Source of the DNA: Sedimentisphaerales bacterium
GTDB taxonomy: Bacteria > Planctomycetota > Phycisphaerae > Sedimentisphaerales > SM23-30
Direction: 5' to 3'
Assembly: GCA_963663805.2 (NCBI GenBank)
Contig: CAXXMR010000018.1
Location: 115,645 to 179,644, forward strand
DNA: 64,000 nt
Part shown: positions 51,221-62,228 of the stretch, piece by piece
How positions within the stretch are numbered: position 1 is the first letter of the stretch
How the letters are laid out: the number at the start of each line of letters is the position of its first letter
Made by a program: the position numbers and the translations under genes
The notes under the pieces: generated by a model
Seen by the model: the letters and a program-made list of their open reading frames with translations, nothing else
Databases searched by the model: none
What the model was told of the DNA's origin: nothing

Positions 51221-52453
51221 ATGGCAAAACAAGACGTTATTATTCAAAAACTAAGTAACGGCCTGACCCTCGTCGCCGAGAAAATGCCCCATGTCTCCTC
51301 AGCGTCCTTTAGCATCATGGTCCCCGCCGGCTCCGCCGGCGACCCCCACGGATTAACCGGCACCGCTTCGGTTGTCGCCGAATGGATCTCACGTGGTAAC
51401 AAGCACTTAGATAACCGATCCTTCAATGACAAGCTCGACAGCCTCGGTCTCCAGCGTCATAACTCCACCGGTACCCTGCACAGCATGTTCTCCGGGGCCT
51501 TGCTCGGAGATAAACTCCCTGAATCACTGAAGTTATACGCCGATATGCTGCGGAGCCCACGCCTGGAAACCGAGCATTTCGAGCTTTCCCGCGACCTGGC
51601 CCTCCAGCATCTGGAGTCACTGGAGGACGATCCCCGCCAGAAAATCCTCATGCTCACCAAGAACAAATTTCTGCCCAGCCCCTGGGGGCGACCAGCGGTT
51701 GGTGTTCGGTCTGAGCTTGAGGACCTGACCGCTCAGTTAGCCCAAAGTCATTACCAGCAAAGCATTACACCGGACAAGACCATTCTTGCCGCAGCCGGCA
51801 GTGTGGATTTTGAAAACCTTATTAAACTTGTCGATGAGCTTTTTGGCGACTGGACCGGCCCGGCAGCACCAGAATTCACTCCCGCCGACACTATCCATCA
51901 GACCTGCCACCACGCTCATCAGGGAGCCCAGGTTCATATCGGCGTGATGTATCCTTCCGTAAACCGTTGCCACGAAGACTATTACAAAGCTCTATTGGCG
52001 GTGCTGGTTCTTTCCGGTGGTATGGGGTCACGGCTATTCACTGAGGTTCGCGAAAAACGCGGCCTTTGTTATGCTGTCTCCGCTAATCACAGCGTACTGG
52101 GCCCTTACGGTCTTGTGCAGGCCTATCTGGGTAGTTCACCCGACAAAGCCCAGGAAGGCCTTGACGTCATGCTGGGTGAGTTCAGGAAGCTCTCAGACGG
52201 CATCACCCCGAACGAACTGGACCGTGCCAAGGTAGGCCTCAGAGCGTCTCTGGTCATGCAGGGTGAGTCAACTCCGGCCCGCTCCTCGGCTTGCGCGAGT
52301 GATTATTACTATCTTGGTCGGGTCCGCTCCCTCACTGAAATTGAGCAGGACATCCAGCAAATCACTGTTGACCAGGTTGTCGAACATGTCAAAAAATACG
52401 AACCCAAAGATTTTACCGTAGTTACCATCGGACCTAGAAGAGTTACAGGTTAA
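51221..52453 (+). CDS. M16B peptidase, non-catalytic subunit
   Basis: SRLFTEVREKRGLCY present; HxxEH replaced by SVVAEW. Confidence 0.88.
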   Translation: MAKQDVIIQKLSNGLTLVAEKMPHVSSASFSIMVPAGSAGDPHGLTGTASVVAEWISRGNKHLDNRSFNDKLDSLGLQRHNSTGTLHSMFSGALLGDKLPESLKLYADMLRSPRLETEHFELSRDLALQHLESLEDDPRQKILMLTKNKFLPSPWGRPAVGVRSELEDLTAQLAQSHYQQSITPDKTILAAAGSVDFENLIKLVDELFGDWTGPAAPEFTPADTIHQTCHHAHQGAQVHIGVMYPSVNRCHEDYYKALLAVLVLSGGMGSRLFTEVREKRGLCYAVSANHSVLGPYGLVQAYLGSSPDKAQEGLDVMLGEFRKLSDGITPNELDRAKVGLRASLVMQGESTPARSSACASDYYYLGRVRSLTEIEQDIQQITVDQVVEHVKKYEPKDFTVVTIGPRRVTG

Positions 52454-52505
52454 TTAATTACATCCCGCCTCGCGCGGCCCTGCTATATTTCGGAGATACG
52501 AATAA

Positions 52506-53741
52506 GTGGAATTCAAACATACTCAGCTCGAAAATGGATTAACCGTAATTGCCGAGGTCATCCCCCAGGCCCGTTCATTGGCTGTGGGGTTCTTCACCCG
52601 CACCGGTGCCCGCGATGAAACCCCCGAAATCGCCGGTACCAGTCATTTTCTCGAACACATGATGTTCAAAGGCACCCCCAAGCGTTCCGCTCTGGAAGTA
52701 AACCTCGAATTCGATAATATGGGCGCCAAATACAACGCCTTTACTTCCGAAGAGAACACGGTTTATTACGCTGCTGTGCTGCCGGAATATCAAAACGCGA
52801 TACTGGATTTATGGGCAGATTTAATGCGTCCGGCTTTGCGTGATGATGATTTTAATACCGAAAAGGGCGTTATTTGTGAAGAAATCGCCATGTACAAGGA
52901 TTTGCCTCATTTTGATGTGATGGATCGCTGTCGTGCCTTGCATTTTGGCGACCATACTTGTGGTAATAGTGTTTTGGGTACTACCGAATCTATTCAGGCG
53001 TTGACATCGAAGCAGATGCGGGATTATTTTGCCAGGCGTTATGCCCCGGATAATATGGTGCTGGCTTGTACTGGTAATGTAAACTGGGAAAAACTCATCG
53101 AGCAGGCCCAGTTGCTTTGTGGTTCCTGGCAGCCCTCTGGGCCTCAGCGGGAATTATCCCATTTCGCCGGCACGGGCAAGGCCCAGGCGGTTAAATCTGA
53201 AATTATTCAACGTGAGCATATTTGCCTTATGACCCCGGCTCCGTCGTCGCAATCGCCGCAACGATACGCCGCAAGTTTGCTGGCGAATATTATCGGTGAT
53301 GACACTGGTTCTCGTTTCTACTGGGATTTGGTTGATAATGCTCTGACTGATAGTGCCGACCTGGAATATGACGCTCTGGACGGTACTGGTGTTTACTATA
53401 CTTATATTTCCTGCGACCCTGTAAAGGCCGAAAAAGTGATTGAAGTTGTGCGTAATTGTTTTGACAAGATTCGCCGCGAAGGTGTTACCGCTGAAGAATT
53501 GGCCACTGCCAAGAACAAAATTTCGGCAACGGTTACGCTGAGCGGTGAAGTTCCCATGGGTCGTCTGGTGCCGCTGGGTTTTGGCTGGGTTTATCGTCAG
53601 GAATACCGTACTCTTGCTGAGGAACTGGAAACATTATTCGCGATAACACTGGATGATATTAACGATTTGATAAAGGCCTACCCACTGGAACTGGTTACCG
53701 CGGTAGGGCTGGGGCCTTGTGAACAGATTTCGGGCATCTAA
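52506..53741 (+). CDS. M16B peptidase, catalytic subunit
   Basis: SHFLEHMMFKGT, NAFTS, E..VI.EE. Confidence 0.92.
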   Translation: MEFKHTQLENGLTVIAEVIPQARSLAVGFFTRTGARDETPEIAGTSHFLEHMMFKGTPKRSALEVNLEFDNMGAKYNAFTSEENTVYYAAVLPEYQNAILDLWADLMRPALRDDDFNTEKGVICEEIAMYKDLPHFDVMDRCRALHFGDHTCGNSVLGTTESIQALTSKQMRDYFARRYAPDNMVLACTGNVNWEKLIEQAQLLCGSWQPSGPQRELSHFAGTGKAQAVKSEIIQREHICLMTPAPSSQSPQRYAASLLANIIGDDTGSRFYWDLVDNALTDSADLEYDALDGTGVYYTYISCDPVKAEKVIEVVRNCFDKIRREGVTAEELATAKNKISATVTLSGEVPMGRLVPLGFGWVYRQEYRTLAEELETLFAITLDDINDLIKAYPLELVTAVGLGPCEQISGI

Positions 53742-53744
53742 GTA

Positions 53745-54836
53745 ATGACGCATTTATACGTGCATGTTCCCTTTTGTGTGGGTAAATGTCCGTATTGTGC
53801 TTTTTATTCTGTTAATGTTTCGGGCGGCGCTGTTCGGGGATATTTACGGAACATTTTTTCTGAAGTTGACTCATATTTGCCGCTGGGGGCGGTGGAGACT
53901 CTTTATCTGGGGGGTGGCAGTCCCAGTTGTATCGGTGAAGACAATCTTAAAAAACTGGTTGAAGGTTTGGTTGAGCGAGTGGGGCGGGCGGGGGAATTTA
54001 CTGTCGAGGTTAATCCTCATCAGGTTAGCGAGGGCATGCTGGATATGCTGCGCGGGGCGGGTGTCAATCGTTTGTCGGTAGGGGGGCAGTCTTTTCGTGA
54101 TGCGGAACTGGAGTTACTGGGGCGGCCTTATCGGGCGGGGCGGATTGGCGCAGTGGTTCAGATGGCCCGGAGGGCGGGTTTTGATAATATTGGCGTTGAT
54201 TTGATATTCGCGTTGCCGGGCAGCACTCTGGCTGATTGGCGCTGTTCGTTGGAAAAGGTTGTTGAGTTGGGGGTTGAACATGTTTCGGCGTATAGTTTGA
54301 GTTATGAATTGGGGACACGGTTCTATCACGATTTGACAGATGGGAAAATAGATGCTGTGGATGAGGAATTAGACCGGCAGATGTATGAACTGACTATAGA
54401 TACGCTGGCGGCGGGGGGGCTGAAGCAGTATGAGATATCTAATTTTGCCCGGTGTGGCAAAGAATGTCGTCATAATCTGAACTGCTGGGCGGGTGGTGAA
54501 TATTTGGGGGTTGGTCCGACGGCGGGTTCGTTTTGGCGGGGGCATAGTATGATGAATGGGTTAATGGCAGAAAACGGTGGTTGGGAGAAAGTTGAATCGG
54601 AGGAGGTTCCGGGGCGTGATTATGCCTGTCGGGTGGCGGTGCTGAATTTGCGGCGGCGGGGCGGGGTTGATCGGGAAGAATTTTGGGGGCGGACAGGTTA
54701 TAAGCTGGAAGATCTTTTTGGTGAAGCCATAAAGCAGAACACGGCGCGGGGGTTGCTGGAGGTTGATGAGGTGGGTGTCAGGTTGACTCGTGAGGCTTTG
54801 GGGGTTGCTGATGGGGTTTTGGCGGATTTTGCTTAG
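53745..54836 (+). CDS. hemW: Radical SAM heme chaperone HemW
   Basis: LYVHVPFCVGKCPYCAF, GGGSPS, YEISNFA, HNL..W. Confidence 0.88.
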   Translation: MTHLYVHVPFCVGKCPYCAFYSVNVSGGAVRGYLRNIFSEVDSYLPLGAVETLYLGGGSPSCIGEDNLKKLVEGLVERVGRAGEFTVEVNPHQVSEGMLDMLRGAGVNRLSVGGQSFRDAELELLGRPYRAGRIGAVVQMARRAGFDNIGVDLIFALPGSTLADWRCSLEKVVELGVEHVSAYSLSYELGTRFYHDLTDGKIDAVDEELDRQMYELTIDTLAAGGLKQYEISNFARCGKECRHNLNCWAGGEYLGVGPTAGSFWRGHSMMNGLMAENGGWEKVESEEVPGRDYACRVAVLNLRRRGGVDREEFWGRTGYKLEDLFGEAIKQNTARGLLEVDEVGVRLTREALGVADGVLADFA

Positions 54837-57424
54837 GCCGTGGTTTGTAATTCGGCATCCTGTTTTTTGGGGTTGACGGCCTGGGCTCCGAGATATTTTT
54901 TGAGCATTTCGATGAGTTTATCCTGGTCAATAGGTTTGGTGATATAATCGTCACAGCCGGCCTGAATCGCTTTTTCGCGGTCACTGGCCATGGCGTGGGC
55001 GGTTACGGCAATGATGGGGGTTTTGAGCCCCTGCGTGCGGAGTTTTTGGGTTGCTTCGTGGCCGTTCATTTCGGGCATCTGGATGTCCATAAGAATGATG
55101 TCATAATCGTTTTTGGTGGCAAGCTCTACGGCCTGCAAGCCGTTTTCTGCGATTTCAGTTTCCATACCGGTTTTTTTGAGAAGCAGCTTGATGAGTTCCT
55201 GATTGGCATGATTGTCTTCGGCGATAAGGATACGGTAATTTTTAGCTTTGACGGACGGCGGCGATTTTACTTCTTTTTTTATTTCTTTTTTAGAGATCAG
55301 TTTTGCCTCTGGTGCCACGGTTTTGCCATTCGCAACGGCAGGGATAATCATAGTAAAGGTCGAGCCTTTGCCGATTTCACTTTTAACGGAGATTTTTCCG
55401 CCGAGTGCTTCAGCCAGGAATCTGGTGATTGTCAATCCCAGGCCGGTACCGCCGAATTTACGGCTGACGCTGCCGTCGGCCTGCGAAAATGACTCGAAAA
55501 TCTGAGCCTGCCTTTCCGGGGGGATGCCGACGCCGGTGTCTTCTACTTCAAAGCGGACATATGGAACAGAGCGGCCTTTTTCCAGCTTCACATTGACAAA
55601 AACGTGGCCACGGTTGGTAAATTTAACAGCATTACCGATGAGATTAGTCAGGCATTGTCTTAGGCGTACCTCGTCGGTATTAATCGTTCCGGGTAAATTG
55701 GAGTCCAGGTTAATTTTGAAGTCGAGATTTTTGCTGTCCAGAGTCGGCTGCATTAGAGCGCGGACATCATAGATGATTTCGGCGAGCGAACACGGCCGGA
55801 TTTCGATTTTCATTTTGCCGGCTTCGATTTTGGACAAATCGAGTATGTCATTGATAATTGAGAGCAGGTTTTTGCCGGCCTGCTGGATATGTCCGACAAA
55901 TTCGGCCTGGTCCGCTTCAAGATTTTCCTGGGCCAGGACATTGGCAAAGCCGATAATGGCGTTCATGGGGGTGCGTATTTCATGGCTCATATTGGCGAGG
56001 AATTCACTTTTGGTGCGATTGGAGAGAGTTGCCTTGTCCGCCAGCAGTTGGGCCTTCTGGATGGAGTCCTGAAGCTGTTCATTAATTATTTCGCTTTCGC
56101 GGCGGGCTTTTTCGGCTTGTTCCTTGGCGTTAAGAATATCCATTTCAGCCTGCTTGCGTTCGGTAATATCTTTATAGCTTTCGATAATACCAACGATATT
56201 TCCCTCGGCGTCAATGAACGGTTTAGCGGTCAGGATGCAGGAAATCTTTCGTCCGTTCCCGCATTTTCTATCCATTTCCCGGACCAGATTTCTTTCACCG
56301 TTTTGCATACGGGTCATGGGGCATTGGGGCGTGTTGCAAAGCTCGCTGTCGAAAATCTCATGGCATTTTGCGAACTGTAGGTCATAGTTGGTGATTTCCA
56401 GCATATCTATCAGGGTTTGATTGATACGGACAACTTCGAAATTTTTATTGATAACACACATGCCCTCGACAGCGGTATTGAAAATCTGGTCCAGTTCATA
56501 ATAAGCGTGCAGGGTAGCGGCTTCGGCTTTTTCGCGTTCGTCAACCTCTTCTTTAAGATTGCGGTTTGTGGTTTCGAGTTGTCTGGTTCTTTCTTTGACC
56601 AGGTCTTCCAGTTGTTCGCGATGTTCTTCCAGTTCCTGTTGAGCCCGCTCGCGTTCTTTTATAATGGCTCCGATTTGCCGGAAAATGACTACGAAAATAA
56701 CCAGGCCGCCGATGCTTACGGTTAGTATTACAATAAAGCGGATAACGCCGAAACGACTGATGGTATTGATATATTCCAATTCAAGGGCCTGAATAGCTAC
56801 GTTGGTGTCGTAAGATATTTTGTTGGCGGATTCACGCGATCGCTGCAAGACGGCGGCAGCCTGCTTGATGAGCAGGGTAGTTTCGTTTTCGATCGTTTTG
56901 AGTTTTTCAGGCGAAACGGAGGCGTCAAGATGTTTGGCGCAAACGTGCCGGAGAATATCTTCGGACATTTCGCGAATGTCCATGATTTTGGGGGTCAGGT
57001 CGATTACCTCGATGACAATTTCCTGGTCCGCCGGCGGGTTATAGGCGACCAGTTCTTTGATATGATTGGTATTGCCGAAGTTGGTGGGGATGAGATAATC
57101 GTAGCTGCCGCCGTTATGGAGTACTTGGATAATTGCTTCGATATCGGAGGAGGCGGCAAGTAGTTCCTGCTCGACAACGCGCAGGTCGCGGGCATCGTCG
57201 TAATGGACGAGTTTAAGCAGATTAAGTTCGATAGTGTTGAGGTTTGCCAGGACGATACGTCCCAGGGCCCGGCGGGAATATTGATTTTGGAGGGCCTGGT
57301 CGCGGTGCTGGGCATAATGACGGAGATAGCCTTCGGTAATGGTGATGGCGGAAAAACCAATTGCTACCAAAACCAGCAGCAGAACAAGTTTCTGTTTGAT
57401 TGGTTCAGTCAATACAGATTTCAT
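54833..57424 (-). CDS. Membrane hybrid sensor histidine kinase (periplasmic domain, PAS, HisKA, HATPase, REC)
   Basis: Two TM segments; [30 protein letters not shown]. Confidence 0.93.
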   Translation of the reverse strand: MKSVLTEPIKQKLVLLLVLVAIGFSAITITEGYLRHYAQHRDQALQNQYSRRALGRIVLANLNTIELNLLKLVHYDDARDLRVVEQELLAASSDIEAIIQVLHNGGSYDYLIPTNFGNTNHIKELVAYNPPADQEIVIEVIDLTPKIMDIREMSEDILRHVCAKHLDASVSPEKLKTIENETTLLIKQAAAVLQRSRESANKISYDTNVAIQALELEYINTISRFGVIRFIVILTVSIGGLVIFVVIFRQIGAIIKERERAQQELEEHREQLEDLVKERTRQLETTNRNLKEEVDEREKAEAATLHAYYELDQIFNTAVEGMCVINKNFEVVRINQTLIDMLEITNYDLQFAKCHEIFDSELCNTPQCPMTRMQNGERNLVREMDRKCGNGRKISCILTAKPFIDAEGNIVGIIESYKDITERKQAEMDILNAKEQAEKARRESEIINEQLQDSIQKAQLLADKATLSNRTKSEFLANMSHEIRTPMNAIIGFANVLAQENLEADQAEFVGHIQQAGKNLLSIINDILDLSKIEAGKMKIEIRPCSLAEIIYDVRALMQPTLDSKNLDFKINLDSNLPGTINTDEVRLRQCLTNLIGNAVKFTNRGHVFVNVKLEKGRSVPYVRFEVEDTGVGIPPERQAQIFESFSQADGSVSRKFGGTGLGLTITRFLAEALGGKISVKSEIGKGSTFTMIIPAVANGKTVAPEAKLISKKEIKKEVKSPPSVKAKNYRILIAEDNHANQELIKLLLKKTGMETEIAENGLQAVELATKNDYDIILMDIQMPEMNGHEATQKLRTQGLKTPIIAVTAHAMASDREKAIQAGCDDYITKPIDQDKLIEMLKKYLGAQAVNPKKQDAELQTTA

Positions 57425-57479
57425 TGCGGGGTACCATTAAAGCCAGATGAATTTGTTTTCCCGTTTTTTTTATTTATCA

Positions 57480-58280
57480 TTATTCAATATCGTAAAGACC
57501 GAATTTGTTGAACAGGTCTTTGCCTTGTTCTGAGGCCGCGAATGCCATGATTTTCCTGGCGATTTCGGGATATTTTGAATAGGTGAGCAGGCCGATTGTC
57601 AGCTTCTTTTTTGTGGCATACTGTTCGTCGATGGGCAGGGCGTCCACGTAATCTTTATATTCGGGCCAGGTACAAGCGGCATACCAGTTGATGACGATGT
57701 CGGCTTCCTGGTTTTTGAGTACCAGGGCGAGGTCTTTGGAGTCGGTGGTGAGTTTTCGACTGTTGTTTATTACCGCATCGAAAATTCCTTTAGCGTCGAG
57801 AATTTTTTTGGTTTCGCGGCCGATACTGCCGCTTTTGGGATTGCCGATAACTACATAATAATCTTTACTGGTGAGGTTGTCCAGGTCGGCGGTGATATTT
57901 TTGGGATTGCCTTCCTGTACCATAATGGCGGCTTTGTTGTAGCCGACAAAGACGGCATCGGTTACCAGGCCTTCTTCCTGACAGATTTTGATATAGGAAT
58001 CCGAGCCGGGCAGGTAGAGGTCGCCCATTTTATTGGCTTTGATGGATTTGAGCAGGTTGCCCGAGCCGCCTTTGGTGATGGTGATTTTGCAGTTCTCCTG
58101 TTTTTCGATAATTGCGGCGATTTCGGCCATGGGGGCGATCATGGTAATACCGCAATAAACCAGTAGTTCCGGTTTTTTTTGGACTTCTTCCTTTTTCTCG
58201 CAGCCGAGGTTCAATATGCTGGTCGCGACAATGAGGACCAGTAACCAAACAGTGTTTTGTTTGAGAGTTTTCATTTTCAA
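57480..58280 (-). CDS. ModA-like extracellular solute-binding lipoprotein
   Basis: Lipobox LNLGC; GGSG.L, GDLYLPGS, GNPKNI, GSIG. Confidence 0.82.
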   Translation of the reverse strand: MKMKTLKQNTVWLLVLIVATSILNLGCEKKEEVQKKPELLVYCGITMIAPMAEIAAIIEKQENCKITITKGGSGNLLKSIKANKMGDLYLPGSDSYIKICQEEGLVTDAVFVGYNKAAIMVQEGNPKNITADLDNLTSKDYYVVIGNPKSGSIGRETKKILDAKGIFDAVINNSRKLTTDSKDLALVLKNQEADIVINWYAACTWPEYKDYVDALPIDEQYATKKKLTIGLLTYSKYPEIARKIMAFAASEQGKDLFNKFGLYDIE

Positions 58281-58625
58281 TTTCCTGTTATCAAAAGGTC
58301 TTTGTTTGCCAATGCTTACCTATCATTTACAGAGAGCATAAACTCTGGTATTTCCTAATCGTCATTGCATGTGCGAGACTTTTTGGGAAAGTGTGATATG
58401 GGCCTTTCAGGTTGATTTTGGGGGGCGGTTATTCAATCAAGGAGTTGTTATCGGAACCGCAAAGCCTATAAGTACCTTTTGGGTAATGGATTAAAGCGGT
58501 ATGGCATCGCGATATGGTGGGGCTGAGACGGGGATATGGTTATTTAAGTTGGTGGATTGTATTCTGGGAACAGTCGGGTATAATATCAGGTTCTGCAGGT
58601 GAAGTTGGCCTAAAACGGAAAGTAT

Positions 58626-60427
58626 ATGGAAGTAAAGAACATACGAAATTTTTCGATAGTCGCTCATATTGACCACGGCAAGAGTACGCTGGCGGACCGG
58701 ATAATGCTTCTGACCGGGGCGGTAACGGCGCGGGATTTTCATGAGCAGTTGCTGGATGATATGGACATTGAGCGGGAGCGAGGGATAACCATCAAAGCTT
58801 CGGCGGTGACGATGAACCATAAGATCGAGGGTCAGGAGTATATGCTGAACCTGATCGACACGCCCGGCCATGTGGATTTTCATTATGAGGTCTCGCGGGC
58901 AATGACTGCGTGCGAGGGGGCACTGCTGGTGGTGGATGCGACCCAGGGAGTTGAAGCCCAGACGGTCGCGAATGCTTACCTGGCTATCGAAAGCGGGCTG
59001 GAGATTATTCCGGTAATCAATAAGGTTGATTTGCCCTCTGCTCAGCCGGAGGTGGTGGCTGAGGAGCTGGAACATATCCTGGGTATTCGCAAGGGTGAAT
59101 GTTTTTATGTTTCAGCCAAGAGCGGGATTGGGATAAGTGAACTGCTGGAAGCTATCGTGACGCTGGTGCCGGCTCCGCCGGAAAACAAAGGCGAAGCTAC
59201 GCAGGCGTTGATTTTTGACAGTCATTACGATGATTATCGCGGGGTTATTTGCTACGTGCGGATAATGTCCGGTGAGCTGCGGCCGGGTCAGAAAATTCGC
59301 ATGATGGCTTCGGGGATGACCTATCAGATTTCGGAGCTGAACAAGTTCTGTCCGCGTTTGATGCGGGTTGACAAGCTCGGCCCTGGTGAAGTGGGCTGTG
59401 TGGTGGCTTCGATTCGCCGGCTCAGCGATGTGACAATTGGGGACACGATAACCGATGATTTGCATCCGGCGGCTAAACCGCTGCCCGGTTACGAACCGCC
59501 GATGCAGATGGTGTTCAGCGATTTTTATCCGGGGGCGGAGACGGAATTTTCCAAGCTGCGGGGCGCGTTTGAGAAGTTGGCGTTAAACGACGCGAGTTTT
59601 TCTTTTGTGCCGCAGAGTTCGCCGGCGCTGGGTTTTGGTTTTCGCTGCGGTTTTTTGGGACTGCTGCACATGGAGATTATTCAGGAACGGCTGGAACGGG
59701 AAAACGATATAGACGTGGTGCAAACGGCCCCTACGGTGAGTTATGAGGTTTTGACGCGGGGTGGCGAGGTGCAGCGGATAGATTCGCCCAGCCAGATGCC
59801 TGATGCCAGTCATATCGAGGAGCTGCGCGAGCCGATAGTGCGGCTGGAAGTGATAGCGCGCCGACCGATACGATTGGTAATATCATGAAGTTGGCGGATA
59901 TGCGGCGTTGTACGCTGGAGAAGACGGATTACCTGAGCGAGACGCGGGTTATGCTGGTGTTTCGGGCACCGCTGGCGGAAATTGTTTATGATTTTTATGA
60001 CCAGCTCAAGGGTATTTCGCATGGTTACGCGACGATGGATTATGAGCTGATTGGATTTGATAAGAGCGATTTGGCGCGGGTTGATATTCTGGTGAATAAG
60101 GTGCTGGTGGACGCTCTGTCGATTATTATGCACCGCAGTAATGCTGAGCCGCGGATTAGGCGGCTTCTGATTAAACTGCGACGGGCAATTCCGCGACATC
60201 AGTTTGAGGTTCCTCTACAGGCGGCCATTGGTGGCAAGATTATCGCGCGGGAAACCATCAAGGCGTATCGCAAGGACGTGACAGCCAAACTGTACGGCGG
60301 TGACGTGACGCGGAAAATGAAGGTACTCAAGAAGCAGAAGGAAGGTAAGCGGCGGATGAAGAGCATCGGAAACGTAACGATTCCGCAGGAAGCATTTATG
60401 ACAGTGCTGGATACCTCCGAGACGTAA
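58626..60427 (+). CDS. lepA: Elongation factor 4 (LepA), split by one frameshift near 59860
   Basis: AHIDHGKSTLADR, DTPGH, NKVD, GFRCGFLGLLH, KDVTAKLYGGD; extra CG in GCGCGCCG. Confidence 0.95.
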
Positions 60428-60430
60428 GAT

Positions 60431-60462
60431 TAGAGTTCAGAAGTCAGAGTTCAGAAGTTAGA
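60431..60462. repeat. 7-bp short tandem repeat
   Basis: TAGAGTT CAGAAGT CAGAGTT CAGAAGT TAGA directly after lepA. Confidence 0.7.
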
Positions 60463-60485
60463 AAAAATGTAAAATACAGGGATGG

Positions 60486-61587
60486 TTGATGGCAGTCAGA
60501 TTGAAGGATTTTATTGAAGGTAGGGTTCGGCGGCTGCGTAGGGTTATGGCTGAGGCGAAGCTGGGGGCTCTGGTGGTGACGGACGGGGCCGATGTTCGCT
60601 ATCTGACGGGTTTTAGTGGTTCTGATAGCGTGCTGGTTCTGGCCCCGTGTCGCAAAGTGCTGGTAACGGACAGTCGTTATGTCGAACAGATAAGGCGTGA
60701 GTGTCCGGGGTTGACGCTTCATAGTCGCAAGGGACCGATGAGTGCAGCGGTGGGGGAGGTACTCAGTAAATTCCAGTCCAAAAGTTTTCAGGTGGGAATC
60801 GAGGCGGACTGTGTTACGGTCAGCGAGTTTGATGCTTATCGCAAGGCCCTGGGCAGGGGGGTAAAAAAGGTTGCCCGGCAGGTTTATCCGCTACGGGAAC
60901 TCAAGGACGACTGGGAGGTCAGCCAGATTCGCAAGTCAGTGCGGATTGCGGAGGCATCGGTACTGGCGGCTCTGGAAACGGTCAAAATCGGTATGACCGA
61001 GCAGGAGCTGGCTGCCCGGCTGGACTATGAGATGGTCCGTCGCGGCGGTGGTCCTACCGCATTTAAGACCATTGTCGCTTTTAAGGGTCATGCCGCTGAA
61101 CCACATGCTCAGCCGGGACAGGCCAAGCTGAAAAAAGGTATGCCCATACTAATAGACTGGGGGGCGACGTTAAATGGTTACAGGAGTGACTTGACACGGT
61201 GCTGGTGCGCCGGTAGAATCCCCCCTGCCTTCAGTGACGCTTACCGGCGGGTGCTGGAAGCGCAACTTGCTGCTATACAAACGATTAAGCCGGGAGTGAC
61301 CCTTTCGGAGAGTTGATGCAGCGGCCCGGAATGTGCTGCGCGGCGACCGTTATGCCTTTGGTCACGGGACCGGTCACGGCATTGGGTTGGACATTCACGA
61401 ACAGCCCGTGCTGGCTCCTAAACGCACCACCGAGCTTCAGGCAGGCATGGTTGTGACGGTTGAGCCGGGCTATTACCGACCGGGCAGTTTTGGCATTCGT
61501 ATTGAAGATGATGTGCTGGTTACGGCTGATGGCTGTAGGGTTTTGAGTCGGTTGGACAAGACGCTGGAAAATATCAGGGTAATGTAG
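60486..61587 (+). CDS. Xaa-Pro aminopeptidase (M24B), split by a frameshift near 61310
   Basis: RYLTGF, TDSRY, DWG..GYRSDLTR, HGTGHGIGLDIHE, TVEPG, RIEDD. Confidence 0.9.
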
Positions 61588-61689
61588 AACAAAAAAGCAG
61601 GCAGGAGGCCTGTAGTGATTTTTTAGGCTGGTCGTTTCTCATAGAGACGGTCGGAAAAATAAGGGTGGGGGACGGCAACAGGAAGAGCT

Positions 61690-62142
61690 ATGGAACTGGA
61701 AAAAATCAAAGAGTTGATGGACTTAATGAAGGCGAATGAACTGACCGAGATTGAAATCGTGGATGGTCAGAGTCGTATTATGCTGCGGCGGGGTGCTGAG
61801 CCGGGCATGGTTCAAATGACGGCGGTGCCCCAGGCGGTTGTGTCGGCGGCAACAGTCGCCGGCGGCGGTGCGGAAGCTCTCGCGGTCAACGCGGACGCGA
61901 ATCTGAAAAAAATCGAATCGCCCATCGTAGGTACTTTTTACGCGGCGCCCAGCCCGAACGCTGAGCCGTTCGCGAAAGTCGGTGACCACGTTGATGACAA
62001 CAAAGTTGTTTGTATTGTCGAGGCGATGAAGGTCATGAACGAGGTCAAAAGCGAGATTCGGGGCACTATCAAAAAAGTGCTGGTGGAGAACGGCCAGGCC
62101 GTCGAGTTTGGTCAGCCTTTGTTCCTGGTAGAGCCGGACTGA
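61690..62142 (+). CDS. accB: Acetyl-CoA carboxylase biotin carboxyl carrier protein
   Basis: [16 protein letters not shown] biotinylation site. Confidence 0.96.
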   Translation: MELEKIKELMDLMKANELTEIEIVDGQSRIMLRRGAEPGMVQMTAVPQAVVSAATVAGGGAEALAVNADANLKKIESPIVGTFYAAPSPNAEPFAKVGDHVDDNKVVCIVEAMKVMNEVKSEIRGTIKKVLVENGQAVEFGQPLFLVEPD

Positions 62143-62228
62143 GTGGCTCGGCAGGGGGGGGCAGGCAGGGCAATATTTCGTCCTGATTACGAAAAATAAA
62201 ACCGCATAACGCAGGAAAAATATAATAT

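Noticed and set aside
59850..59890. Programmed frameshift in lepA
   Set aside because: No slippery heptamer, and neighbouring genes show similar indels.
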